In this document: piece after piece, positions 1 through 22,199 of the stretch
Layout: each line of letters starts with the position of its first letter
Position numbering within the stretch: position 1 is the stretch's first letter
NCBI RefSeq assembly: GCF_009914755.1
Contig: NC_060928.1
Source: the human T2T-CHM13v2.0 reference genome, Homo sapiens
Length of the DNA stretch: 64,000 bases
Reading direction: 5' to 3' (one strand)
Made by a program: the position numbers and the translations under genes
The notes under the pieces: generated by a model
The model's database searches: none
Seen by the model: only the letters and a program-made list of their open reading frames with translations
What the model was told of the DNA's origin: nothing

Positions 1-454
1 CCTCTAACCCATTTCATTTTCAGACAGCTTTGACCATTAGAAACTTTCTTGTGTTGGATTAGAATCTTCATTCAGTATTTTTTATCCATTGGGTCCTACC
101 TAGTTCTTTCTCCATGGAACTTCTAAGTGTCTGTCTTCTCCCTATTCCCAACTGTGAGGACATTGATGACAGCAACTGCATCTTTCATCTCTATATCCTT
201 AGCATTCATCACAACGCCTAGCACCTACTAGCAGATGCCCAGTAAATGCTAGCTGGGTCAGTGCATCATCTTACTTCCAAGTCTCTACCAGTTGCATCAA
301 TCATGGAGGACTTAGAAACAGCTATGATGAAATATAGCTTGAAGATGGGATATATCTATAGGTGTGTGTATACACATGATAAATATATGTAAATGTTTAT
401 ATAGGCTAAATATCATGTACATAAGGTAAATATATTGAGAAGTTTCTGGAGACA

Positions 455-600
455 ATCTACGTGCTTTACCATTTACTAGCAGTGTGACCTCGGGCAATTC
501 ACTTCATCCCTCTGACTTCCACTTGCCTCATTTGTAAAATAAGGATAATTAATAGTTGAGAATTAAATAAGGACATTGATAGTTAAATAAGGAAATAGAT
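455..600. mobile_element. MIR SINE relic
   Basis: MIR core-like tgtgacctcgggcaattcacttcatccctctg...cctcatttgtaaaataaggataat. Confidence 0.7.
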
Positions 601-619
601 GTGAAGATATATAGCTATT

Positions 620-775
620 TAGATAAAGTAGCCATGGAAGGTCTAACTGAAAAAGTAACTTTTGAATAGAGACCTAAAGAGAATGTGGAGAACTGATCAC
701 ATGGCTTGCTGGAGCAAGAGAATTCCAGACAGAGGTAGAAACAAGTGCAAAGACGTAGATGGGAACATGCCTGCA
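620..775 (-). mobile_element. L2 LINE relic
   Basis: Degenerate L2 3' region (ggaaggtctaactgaaaaagtaacttttgaatagagacct...aattccagacagagg...caagtgcaaaga). Confidence 0.6.
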
Positions 776-887
776 AATAAAAAATATGTGGGTAAATATA
801 AAAGATGTTTTTAAAAGATCTCTTTTAAAGATAATTGAATATTTTAAAGCAAAAATAGTAATATATTGTGGAGTTTATAACATACAG

Positions 888-1047
888 TTTTTTTGTTGGT
901 TTTTTTTTTTTTACTTTTTAAAAAAAAATTAGAGATGGGGTTTCACTATGTTGCCCAGGCTGATTTTGAACTCCTGGACTCAGGCAGTCATCCCACCTCA
1001 TCCTCCCAAAATGCTGGGATTACAGGTGTGAGCCACTGTGTCTGTCT
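888..1047 (-). mobile_element. FLAM / Alu left monomer
   Basis: T-rich tail followed by the reverse complement of an Alu left arm only. Confidence 0.85.
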
Positions 1048-1385
1048 CAGCTGATTCTTTTTAGTCATGATAGTTATGCTCTGTAAAGTTGTTGAAAATG
1101 ATGAATTAGTGAACACTGAACATTGTTCACAGGGGAAATACAGAGTTAGATTCTGTAAACCTCTGGTTGCAACACTTTTGTCAAGCAATCAACACATAAC
1201 CTTGTTTTATGTGTGTCTCTATTTAAAGACAGCTTATGTAATATATATCATTGATTTATTAACATGGAGCTCACAGCCAACATGTCTGAACAAAGCTCAT
1301 CTAACACACACATAAGGCACATCCATGTCTTCTCGTACTAGGAATACCAGATATAATTTTACAATTGCCCCTGGGAGCCATTTTT
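1048..1385 (+). mobile_element. MER82 (Tigger-family DNA transposon), 5' part
   Basis: cagctgattc...gaattagtgaacactgaacattgttcacaggggaaatacagagttagattc...cataaccttgttttatgtgtgt matches recalled MER82 consensus; stops at ctgggagccatttt. Confidence 0.8.
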
Positions 1386-1640
1386 TTATGGTGAAAAATA
1401 TATATGGCATAAAATTTACTATTTTAATTATTTTTCAGTGTACAATTCAGTGCCATTAAGCATTTTTATATTATTCTGCAACCACCACCACCACCATTAC
1501 CCATCTCTAGAACGTTTTCATCTTCTCAAATGAAACCTCCATACCCATTAAACAATAACTCCCCTGTCCTGTGCCTTCTGCCCTGACAACCACCATTCTA
1601 CTTTTTGTCTCTATGAATTTGAGTACTCTAGGTACCTCAT

Positions 1641-2050
1641 TGTTCTGTGAAAGGGCTGTATATGCAAAGAGATCCCCAAATACCAAAGAAGTGAAGAAAT
1701 CAAAGAAGGAAGCAGACAAATCCAGTTTGTTGGTATGAGATTATTTATCAGGGGAATTTATGGACAGAAGCATGGTCTTGGGGGCTGCAAGACAGGTAGA
1801 TCTTAGCACCACAACCTCCCAGATCCTTAGGGAGGCTGATGTCTTGGGGAAAAGTATAAAAATATGTGCTCTGGAAGGAATGTATAGGTGCTACAGGAAT
1901 CCTAGCCTATGATGTTTGTAACAGCATTAAGTGTTGTTTTGGAGGAAACTTACAGTGACTAGCTGTTTCTACACAAAAAGTACTGACACCTAGACATTAT
2001 GGAGGCATTTTTGGACTCAGGGTTAGTCAGAAGTCACTCTTGTTCCCACA
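1641..2050 (-). mobile_element. Solo ERVL-class LTR (LTR47-like)
   Basis: TG...CA termini with a perfect 5-bp TSD ctcat (1636-1640 and 2051-2055); internal gcagacaaatccagtttg...gcaagacaggtagatct. Confidence 0.75.
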
Positions 2051-2532
2051 CTCATATAAGTGGAATCATACAATATTTGTCCTTTTGTGACAAGGTTGAA
2101 TAATATTCCCTTGTATGTATATGCCACATTTTGTTTATTCATTCATTCATTGATGAACGCTGGGGTTGCTTCTATCTTTTGGTTATTATGAATAATGCTA
2201 TAATCACAGTGTGATATGAATGCAGGTGTACAAATGTCTCTTTAAGACCTTGATTTTAGTTCTTTGGGTATACACCCAGAAGTGGAATTGCTGGATCTTA
2301 TGGTAATTCTATGTCTAATGTTTTGAGAAATTGCCATACTGTTTTTCACAGCAGCTGCTCCATTTTACATTTTTCCTCAGCAATGCACAAGGGTTCCTGT
2401 TTCTCCACATTTTCACCAACACATTATTTGTTGTTGTCATTTTTTAAAATAATAAGTAATAGCCATTCTAATGGGTGTATGTGAAGTGGTATTTTACTGT
2501 GTTTTGTTATTCATTTCCCTAATGCTTACTGA

Positions 2533-2865
<333 letters not shown>

Positions 2866-3199
2866 TAAATGTACTTATTGGCCATTTGTATTTTTTTTGA
2901 AAATCATTTATTTGAATCTTTTGCTCATTTTAAAATCAGGTTGGTTTTTTTGGTTGTTGCATTTTAAGAGAGTTCTCTATATATCTTGAATATCAATCTC
3001 TTATCAGATATATGATTTACAAATACTTTCTCCCATTTCGTGGATTCCCTTTCACCCTGTTGATAGTGCCCTTTGATGCACAAAAGTTTTCAATCTTGAA
3101 GAAGTCCATCTTATCAATTTTTTCTTTTGTTGCCTATGCTTTTGATGTCATATCCAATAAATCATTGTCAAACCCAATGTCATAAAGCTTCTTCCCTAA

Positions 3200-3487
3200 T
3201 TTTTTTTTTGAGACAAGGTTTTACTCTGTCACCCAGGCTGGAGTGCAGTGGTGTGACCACAGCTCACTGCAGCCTCTACCTCCCAGGCTCAAGTGATCCT
3301 CCACCCTAGCCTCCTGAACAGGAGGGACTACAGGCGTCCGCCACTACGCCTGGCTAATTTTTGTATTTTTATAGAGATGGGGTCTCCCCATGTTGCCTGG
3401 GCTGGTCTCAAACTCCTGGACTCAAGCAATCCACTCTTCTTGGCCTCCCAAAGTGCTGAGATTACAGGCATGAACCACCACGCCCAG
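3200..3487 (-). mobile_element. AluJ
   Basis: Dimeric Alu, reverse orientation, J-type diagnostics. Confidence 0.93.
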
Positions 3488-4015
3488 TTTTATGTTTTCT
3501 TTTAAGAGAGTTTATAGTTTATAGTTGGGTCTTTGATCCATTTTGAGTTTATTTATTTTTAAAATAGTTTTAAAATTTTCATTGCGGTAAAAAACACAAC
3601 ATAAAATGTATCATCTTAAGGTACTGGGGGTTATGACTTCAATGTGTGAATCTGAGGGGACACACTTAATTCAACCTGTAATGACAAAATTTGAGGAAAA
3701 ACTAGGTTTTTATCCTTAGGCTGTGTTGATTTCAGCAAACCAAAGTGATATTTAAGCAAATATTCTTTAATTATCTGATTGATAAACATAAAGCTCTTGA
3801 GCAAATGTGAGCCCAAAACACAAAATAGACAAACAACTCTGCCTCTTTTCTCTCACAGCATATTTTATGATCTGTGTAACTGTATTAGCCCCTCCGAACT
3901 TCTACTTGATTTCTCCCCCAAAGGCAAAGCATCTGGAAGGGTCACTGAGCCAGGAATTTCTGTATATCTTAGTTATACATATGCACTAAAATAAGATTTT
4001 AAAAATTGTGGTTAA

Positions 4016-4344
<329 letters not shown>

Positions 4345-5166
4345 CATAATTAACCTTTTTTAAGTATACGGTTCAGTAGTGTTAAGCATATTTACATTGT
4401 TATGAAATAGATCACCAGTACTTTTTCATCTTGCAGAACTGAAATTCTATATCCATTAAACAACATCTCCCCATTTTCCCTTTCCCTCATCCCCTGGTAA
4501 CAGCCATTCTACTTTCTATATCAATGAATTCGACTATTTTGGATACCTTATATAGGAAGAATCACACGGTGTTTGTTCTTTTGTAACTGGCTTGTTTCAC
4601 TTAGCATAATGTCCTCAAGGGTAATCTATGCTGTTGCATGTGACAGGATTTCTTTCCTTCTTAAGGCTGCATAGTATTCCATTGTGCATACATATTGCAT
4701 TTTGTCTATTGATTCATCCATGGATGGACATTTAGTTTGTTCCCAACTCTTCGCTATTGTTAATAGTGCTGCTAGATATAGGGGTTTGCAAATCTCTCTT
4801 CAAAACCCTGATTTCAGTTCTTTTGGAGATATATTCAGAAGTGGGATTGCTAGACCATACGGTAGTTCTGTTTTAACTTTTTGAAGAACCACCATACTGT
4901 TTTCCACCGTGGTTGTACCATTTTATAGTCATACCAACAGTGTTCAAGGGTCCAGGCCTCTCCATATTCCTGCCAATACTTGCTGTTTTCTGGGGTTTTG
5001 CTTGTTTGTTGTTTTTGATATTCTAAGAGGTGTAAAGTGATATCTCATTGTGGTTTTGATTTGCTTTTCTCTGATGATTAGTCATGTTGAGCATCTTTGC
5101 ATATGCTTGATGGTCATTTGTGTATTATCATTGGAGAAATGTCTACTCAAGCAGATCCTTTATCCA

Positions 5167-5819
<653 letters not shown>

Positions 5820-6211
5820 TGCCTTTACCCACTTTTAAAATGGGTTATTTGATTTTTTTATTGTTGTTGAGTTGTAGTTGTTTATATATTCTGGATCCCT
5901 TATCAGATATAGGATTTCAAAATATTTTCTCCCATTCCATAGGTTCCCTTTTCACTCTGTGGACTGTGTCCTTTGATGAGCAAAAGTTTTTGAGTTTGAT
6001 GTAGTTCCATTTGTCTTTTTTTTCTTTTGTTGCTCGTGCTTTTGGTGTCATATCCAAAGGAAGAAATCATTATCTAATATTTATCATTATCCAGTGATAT
6101 CCACTAAATCATTGCCAAATCCAACATCATGAAGCTTTTCCCCTATGTTTTCTTCTAGGAGTTTTATAGGTCTAGGCCTCATGTTTAGATCTTTAATCCA
6201 TTTTGAGTCCA

Positions 6212-6514
6212 TTTTTTTTTTTTTTTTTTTTTTTGAGACGGAGTCTCCCTGTCACCCAGGCTGGAGTGCAGTGGCGCGATCTCGGCTCACTGCAGGCTCC
6301 GCCCCCCGGGGTTCACGCCATTCTCCTGCCTCAGCCTCCCGAGTAGCTGGGACTACAGGCGCCCGCTACCTCGCCCGGCTAATTTTTTGTATTTTTAGTA
6401 GAGACGGGGTTTCACTGTGTTAGCCAGGATGGTCTCGATCTCCTGACCTCGTGATCCACCCGCCTCGGCCTCCCAAAGTGCTGGGATAACAGGCGTGAGC
6501 CACCGCGCCCGGCC
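6212..6514 (-). mobile_element. Young AluY (Ye-lineage-like diagnostics)
   Basis: CpG-rich, pure T tail, perfect TSD ttgagtccattttt (6203-6216, 6515-6528); variant ggctccgccccccggggttc. Confidence 0.95.
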
Positions 6515-6581
6515 TTGAGTCCATTTTTGTATATGGTATAAGATAAAGGTCCAACTTTATTCTTTTGCATGTGGACATCTA

Positions 6582-6915
<334 letters not shown>

Positions 6916-7376
6916 TGACACTATTTGTTAAGGAGTCTGTCCTTTCCCTATTGAGTATGGCTGGAAGCCTTGTTGAAAATCATTTGACCATATGAGAGGG
7001 TTTATTTCTGAGTTCTCTATTTTCTTCCACTAGTCTCTATATCTGTCTTTATGCCAGTACCAGTCTATTTTGATTACCATACCTTTGCAGAAAATTTTTA
7101 AATCAGAAAATATGAGACTTCTAACTTTCTTCTTTTTCAAGATTGTTTTGGCTATTTGGTGGTTCCTTGAGATTCTACATGAATTTTAAGATGGACTTTT
7201 CTATTTTTGCAAAAAAAAATGTCATTGGGATTTTGATAGGAATTGCATTGCATCTGTAGATCACTTTGGGTAATATTGACATCCTAACAATACCAAGTCT
7301 TCCATGAACACCAGATGTCTTTCCATTTACTTATTTCTTTCAACAACATTTCATAGTTTTCAGTATACAAGTCTTT

Positions 7377-7677
7377 TGGGGGGCCACTTTAAACAGTGAA
7401 ATCATCTACATGGAAAGCACAACATATAAACAATGTGGCAATAACTAGACCAAAAATAGGACACTTATTTACATTAGAAGAGCTGAAACAAAGAAGACAG
7501 GCATTGCCTTATTTCTTCTGATTGGATTGTGAACCTCAAGGGACTCAAAGATTTTGCTGCTCTGAGCATGTTCACAAATAATTACAGAATTACCATATAG
7601 ATTTTGGAGTTACAAATAAATTGTAGCAAGTAGGTGACTTTACAAATATAGAATCTGTAAATAATGAGAATAAAGTG
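7377..7677 (+). mobile_element. MER82, 3' part
   Basis: Resumes at ggggccactttaaacagtgaaatc...gagctgaaacaaagaag...gttacaaataaattgtagcaagtaggtg, where the 5' part stopped. Confidence 0.8.
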
Positions 7678-7793
7678 TATACAGAAGTAAAGTAAAAGGC
7701 AACAATAGCACAGAAACTGGGAGAGAAAAATGGAAGCACACTGTTGTAAGGCTTTTATATAATAGGCCAAATTCTTCTACAAAAGGTGGTCTA

Positions 7794-8097
<304 letters not shown>

Positions 8098-8113
8098 AGG
8101 TAGTCTAATATTA

Positions 8114-8419
<306 letters not shown>

Positions 8420-9006
8420 CTATAAAATGAAATATTAAAAAGTAGTGCTAGTGAGAGATAAAGAATTAAAGGAACTAAAAAGTCCACTAATGAAAGCGTA
8501 ATGACTGAAGCAAGAAATAGACCAAATGTGAAGTGTTGGTTTATATTCTGAGCATATTAGGAGAAAGGCAAACTGGAATCTATTCTGGGGAAAATAGCCA
8601 GGACATGCAGTCTTGTTGCTTTTGCCCCCTGCTTGTCTCTCCAAAGATGATGATGAGCTCATCTCCTCTTTTTTCAATCCTAATGACCAAGAGCTTATAT
8701 TATTGAGAAGTAACGGTTCTGAGATATGGCAATTGTTAGTCAAGGAAACAATTCTTCCAAGTGTGATTAGTTTGTGATAATTAGCTGGTGTTACTATGTC
8801 GAAATGATTTGAACTGTTTTAGTAAACTATGCAGGGCTACTGAGCAATGCAAACACAGTTTTATGATTGTAAGTAAACTTTAAAAAATTACTCCTGGATA
8901 TATATCCAGAGTCAATGTGGATAGCCTTGCTAAAGAGATGAAGATTATGTTAGTATTTGTAAAAACCTCAAAGAATCCAAAGATATCTTTAAAGAAACAT
9001 ATATAT

Positions 9007-9325
9007 ATTATTTTCTTTTGAGACAGGATCTCACTGTGTCCCCCAGGCTGGAGTGCAGTGGCATGATCATGGCTCACTTCAGCCTTAAGCTCCTGGGCTC
9101 AAGCGATTCTTCTACCTCAGTCTTCTGAGTAGCTGGGACTACAGGCACGTGCCAACATGATCGGGTAATTTTTTTGTTTTGTTTTGTTTTGTTTTTTGTA
9201 TTTTTTGTAGGGACGGCATTTTACCATGTTGCCCATGCTGGTCTTGAACTGCTGAGCCCAAGCAATCCACCTGCCTCAGCCTCCCAAGGTGCTGAGATTA
9301 CAGGTGTGAGCTACCACACCTGGCC
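9007..9325 (-). mobile_element. AluJ
   Basis: Dimeric Alu. Confidence 0.93.
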
Positions 9326-9398
9326 AAGAAACCACATTTTTTTAAAAATCTGGAAATATAGTCACCTGTGTATTGAGAAGAAGCTTACCAAGATGAGG

Positions 9399-12300
<2,902 letters not shown>

Positions 12301-12337
12301 ATTTATTTCTTCTTGTTTGTTTTCTTTTTCTTCCACA

Positions 12338-12440
12338 TCAGATGGATAACGTACTGACATCATAACAAGGTTTGAGGGAAGCACATCTCACACATAAACA
12401 TGAAAACCCAATCATCGCATTTATGAACTACAAAAAAGAT
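12338..12440 (-). pseudogene. SNORD13: U13 (SNORD13) C/D-box snoRNA processed retrocopy
   Basis: Reverse complement atcttttttgtagttcataaatgcgatgattgggttttcatg...gtgtgagatgtgcttccctcaaaccttgttatgatg...atccatctga matches U13; degenerate A tail at 12309-12333; perfect 13-bp TSD ctcctatttattt (12296-12308, 12441-12453). Confidence 0.92.
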
Positions 12441-12656
12441 CTCCTATTTATTTAAAACATCTTATACATAATTAAAATAATTAAGGGTGTCCAAATCTGT
12501 TGTTTGTGATTTCAGCTGGCTCTCACTCAGAAGAAACTCATTAACACGTATGCTTGGCAGTCAGATTTCATTAACCTTAACTTGTAGAAAATCCGTTGAA
12601 TGAAACTGTGAGCAGAATAGCTTCTGCTAGGAGTCACTTTTGTTCCCTTTCTTTAA

Positions 12657-13281
<625 letters not shown>

Positions 13282-13785
13282 TTATTACTTCTTATGTTAA
13301 ATGGTCAAACTTATCTTAAAGGTATTATGGTCAGAATGGCATGTATTGGTTCGACAGCTGTCAAGTAGATCTGTAAATAGAATAGAGATTGTAGGAACAT
13401 ATTTAGGTATTTGTTAGGACTTAATATATGACAAAGATGGCACTGCAATCATTGATAAAGTATGGTTTATGTAATAAATAGTGTAACATAATTGGTTATG
13501 TATATGAAAGTAAGAGGTTTCCTTCCTCATTCCATATAGATAGGTAAGTTTTATCTTTAAAATTCACTTAAATGTAAAAACAAACCTATACAAATATATG
13601 AAAAAATGGAGAAAAGTGTTTTTATAGCGTCATGGTGGAGTTGACCTTAAGCAATGTGGGAAATTCAGAAACAACAACTGAATGTTGGCAGAATTGACTA
13701 CTATCTCATGTTTAAGAATTTATCCTATACGAAAAAGTCAGTTAACAATGACCAAAGAGTCCAGTCTTAAGGATGGATGAGAATA

Positions 13786-14140
<355 letters not shown>

Positions 14141-15143
14141 TTAAACTAAGTTACCTTGAAGGTCTATGTAAGATAAAAATGCAAGTAGGTAGATGTGGTT
14201 TCCCATTGCCTCCTTTGTCTTTTTATGGAAAAGTCTCCAAAGGTCAGAGATGCTAACAATTAGTTGTTAGCATAGATATAGAATGAGATGTCTGCCTGGT
14301 GAGAGAATCACAACAATGTAGAATTTAGGTCTTTTATATCCTCAAGAAGGTCAGCTCCCAAAATTATACTTACTATTGTAAAAAGTAACCATCCTTGGAA
14401 AGGCACATCATCCCCGAACCAAATGGCTGCATTCTAGAACATGTAATTCTTGCTGTATTGTCATTGAAACAATATTTCCTCATCTGTTCTCATGCGGAAG
14501 AATTTTTTTTTTAATTTTCCTTACTTTGGGGCTTTCCATGGGCTACCCTCCCTTGGCCTAGCCAGCCAGTACATAAGGTAATACACAAAAAATCCTGGCA
14601 TAGTGACTGGTACACAATAAATGTTTGGTAACTTTTAGCATTATAATTAGACTTGTTACAGACAACATGCACTACTTTTGTAATTAGAAAAAAAGCCCCC
14701 TAAATAGAAAAATAGAGGAAAGAAATACTAAAAAAAGTTTAATATGTTTGCACATTGACACTGTAATTCCAGTTCTAAAAATTGTTCTTCAGAAAGAATC
14801 ACACAAGTACAAAGATGTGCATAAAAGGTTGATTGTATCAGCATTGTTTGCTATAGGAAAAATTATAAACAGCCTAAAAGTTCAGGCATTGGTTAAATAA
14901 TGTATAATATATTAATTATATAGAATACAATGTAATCTTATATATACACACTAAATGTGATACTAAAGTAAAAAATATACATGCAGAACATTACTTTAAT
15001 CATTTAATCAATGAATATTTATTGAATGATTACTATGCATTAGACACTGCCAAAAATTAGGGATATAATGTTAAAGAAAACAGACAAACCCTCATGAAGC
15101 TTATATATACATATCAACAGCAGTGGTGGCCTTTGCTTTGTAG

Positions 15144-15476
<333 letters not shown>

Positions 15477-15545
15477 ATTTTTACTCTTTTTACTTTTTAT
15501 ACTTAGCTTATACAACATTGTATTGTAAGACATTTTCTAGAATGA

Positions 15546-15868
<323 letters not shown>

Positions 15869-15906
15869 CCAGTAGATATATTTTTTAAAATTTTAGTTAT
15901 TATTTC

Positions 15907-16194
15907 TGTCTGAGTCTGTCTGTGCTGCTATAACAGAATACTATAAATGAGTAATTGATAAAGAGTGTAAATTTATTTCTTACAGTTCCAAAGGTGGGAA
16001 AGTTCAAGATCAAGGCACCAGCATTGGTATTTTGTGAGGGCTGCTGTCTGCTCCCAAGACGTCACCATGTTGCTGTGTTCTCAAGTGGTGGAAGGCGGAA
16101 GAGCAAGAGAGCAAAAAGGACCTAAGCTAGTTCACTCCATTCATGAGGGCAGATCCCCCAGGACCTAATCACTTCCCAGGAGGTCCCAGCTCTT
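15907..16194 (-). mobile_element. MaLR LTR (MST-like), truncated and fused to an Alu 5' fragment (16195-16263)
   Basis: tgtgctgctataacagaatac...aatttatttcttacagttc...caagatcaaggcaccagca...gacctaatcacttccc. Confidence 0.8.
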
Positions 16195-16280
16195 CTCAGG
16201 CCATCCTCCTACCTTGGCCTCCCAAAGCACTGGGATTACAGATATGAACCACCACGCCTGGCCACTGGTAGTTAATTTCT

Positions 16281-19745
<3,465 letters not shown>

Positions 19746-19777
<32 letters not shown>

Positions 19778-20016
19778 TAGAATCTGGCTGTGTCACTCAG
19801 GAGGCACAGAGGTGTGATTTTGGCTCAGTGCAACCTCCACCTCCTGGGTTCAAGCTATTCTTCTGCCTCAGCCTCTTGTGTAGCTGGGATTACAAGTGCA
19901 CGTCACCATACCCAGCTAATTTTTGTATTTTTAGTAGAGACTGGGTTTCACCATGTTGGCCAGGCTGGTCTTGAACTCCTAGCTGGGATTACAGGTGTGA
20001 GCCACCAAGCCCGGCC
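19746..20016 (-). mobile_element. AluS with internal left-arm deletion; inferred left inversion breakpoint
   Basis: Long T tail; ttgaactcct joined directly to agctgggattacagg. Confidence 0.92.
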
Positions 20017-20605
20017 CATACATTACATTTTAAAAAAACTGCATCTGAATTTCTGCTCTATACTCTACATTTTATTTGAATGTCCTCTGATCAAAAAGTT
20101 ACCAGATTTATTAAAAATACCTTAAAAATTATATCTTTTTACACTATCTTCCTCAGAATTTGGCAGATTAAAACAAACATTCACAAATTATTGAGAGTAA
20201 ACTGTTTCTCAACAATTGAAATGTGTAGTCCTTGTAGCTACACATTTTGACTATGTCCTTCATATGATTTAAATTTCCTTTGCACAATTTCTTAGAGGTT
20301 TGAGAATTTCTCAATAGAATAAAAGAAAAGCACAAGTCCTCTACCCATTGAAAAAATTTTTTGAGAAATGCTATCAGGTTGATAGACTTTATGAATTCAA
20401 AAATTTGGAAAACTTTTCTATATGTCTAAGCAGCAATTTAGTTTTTCATACATGTGTGTATGTGTGTGTGTATACACATATATATGTTACCTTCTGGACA
20501 CAGCATTCAAACAATAATTTCTAGGAGAGAATTGTAGGTAAGAGCTAAAGGATGTGTACTCAGGAAGCCAGTAATGGCGTGTGGTGCCTGGGTTCCAAGC
20601 TAGCC

Positions 20606-21231
20606 TTTTTTTTTTTTTTTTTAATGATATGATCTTATTTTATTTTATTTTTTTATTTTTATTTTTTTAATTTTCTTATTTTATTTTATTATTATTATAC
20701 TTTAAGTTTTAGGGTACATGTGCATAATGTGCAGGTTAGTTACATATGTATACATGTGCCATGCTGGTGTGCTGCACCCATTAACTCGTCATTTAGCATT
20801 AGGTATATCTCCTAATGCTATCCCTCCCCCCTACCCCCACCCCACAACAGTCCCCAGAGTGTGATGTTTCCCTTCCTGTGTCCATGTGTTCTCATTGTTC
20901 AATTCCCACCTATGAGTGAGAACATGCGGTGTTTGGTTTTTTGTTCTTGCAATAGTTTACTGAGAATGATGATTTCCAATTTCTTCCATGTCCCTACAAA
21001 GGACATGAACTCATCATTTTTTATGGCTGCATAGTATTCCATGGTGTATATGTGTCACATTTTCTTAATCCAGTCTATCATTGTTGGACATTTGGGTTGG
21101 TTCCAAGTCTTTGCTATTCTGAATAGTGCCGCAATAAACATACGTGTGCATGTGTCTTTATGGTAGCATGAATTATAGTCCTTTGGGTATATACCCAGTA
21201 ATGGGATGGCTGGGTCAAATGGTATTTCTAG
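20606..21231 (-). mobile_element. 5'-truncated young L1PA (L1PA3-like) with a compound tail
   Basis: ggttagttacatatgtatacatgtgccatgctggtgtgctgcacccattaactcgtcatttagcattagg 3'UTR; flanks tagcctttttt / ttgcctttttt. Confidence 0.92.
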
Positions 21232-21851
21232 GTTGCCTTTTTTGAAAAAACGTAGTGTTGCCCATACATATGCAAATGATAATAAACCAATAATGTATTA
21301 ACTGTAATCTACTAGAAAGATTTCACCAGCAATAAATGTTTGCTGTAGATACCTTTTGGGGGTAGATGCCTTTAAGATGTCAAAAAGAGTCACATTTTAT
21401 CTTTGATTAAAGTGTTTCATAGAGTAATATGCCATGAGAGTGGCTAGAAGAGGACTATTACACATAGTGTGTTTGAGTAAAGAAAACATGATCTACTGAT
21501 AATAAAATGTTAGAAAATAGACTATCATGATTTCAAGTTATACAGTTGCACTGCCTCTGACCTGAAGATGAGCAGCTGTAAAGGGATCTGATTTGAGAGA
21601 GGAAGGGACTAAGAGAGCTTCTGTTGCCTCCCATTTCACTTCTGCACCTGCCAGACCCTGATACCTTAAATGGGGAATGGGGAGATTTGCAGAGTACTAC
21701 AGATACTGAGTACTGTCTATCAGCAGAGTTTGATACACTTAATGGAAATTCTACCTATTAAGTGATTATTCATTCATCTATTAGATAAATGAGAATGCTT
21801 TGCAGGAGGTAGGCACCTAGTAAGTGCCAGATGGCAACTTAAGTTTCAATA

Positions 21852-22168
21852 CAGTCATGCGGAGCTTAACAACTGGGACACATTCTGAGAAACGCATCAC
21901 TAGATTTTGTCATTGTGCAAAGATCGTAGCATGTACTTCCACAGACCTAGAAGGTATATATATTATTATTTATATATATTCTTCACATGGAAAACTAAAT
22001 GCCCTATCACCATTATTGAATATCAATCTTTTCCCCCACTTAATGTGCAGTGCCAGTATCTTGTGCCAGGTATCAGGTTTCTATATGTGCTCCATTATAA
22101 TCTTATGGTATCACCATCATACATGTGGTTCATCATTGACCAAAACATGGTTATGTGGCACATGACTG
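21852..22168. mobile_element. Tigger3/MER7-family MITE
   Basis: Terminal inverted repeats cagtcatg...catgactg flanked by TA on both sides; ctccattataatcttatgg motif. Confidence 0.85.
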
Positions 22169-22199
22169 TATTTTGGAAGGATGGAGACTTTTGATATTC

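Noticed and set aside
20450-20490. Apparent palindromes in TA/TG-rich tracts (also ~350-390, 11220-11245, 48290-48325)
   Set aside because: Low-complexity dinucleotide sequence is trivially self-complementary.
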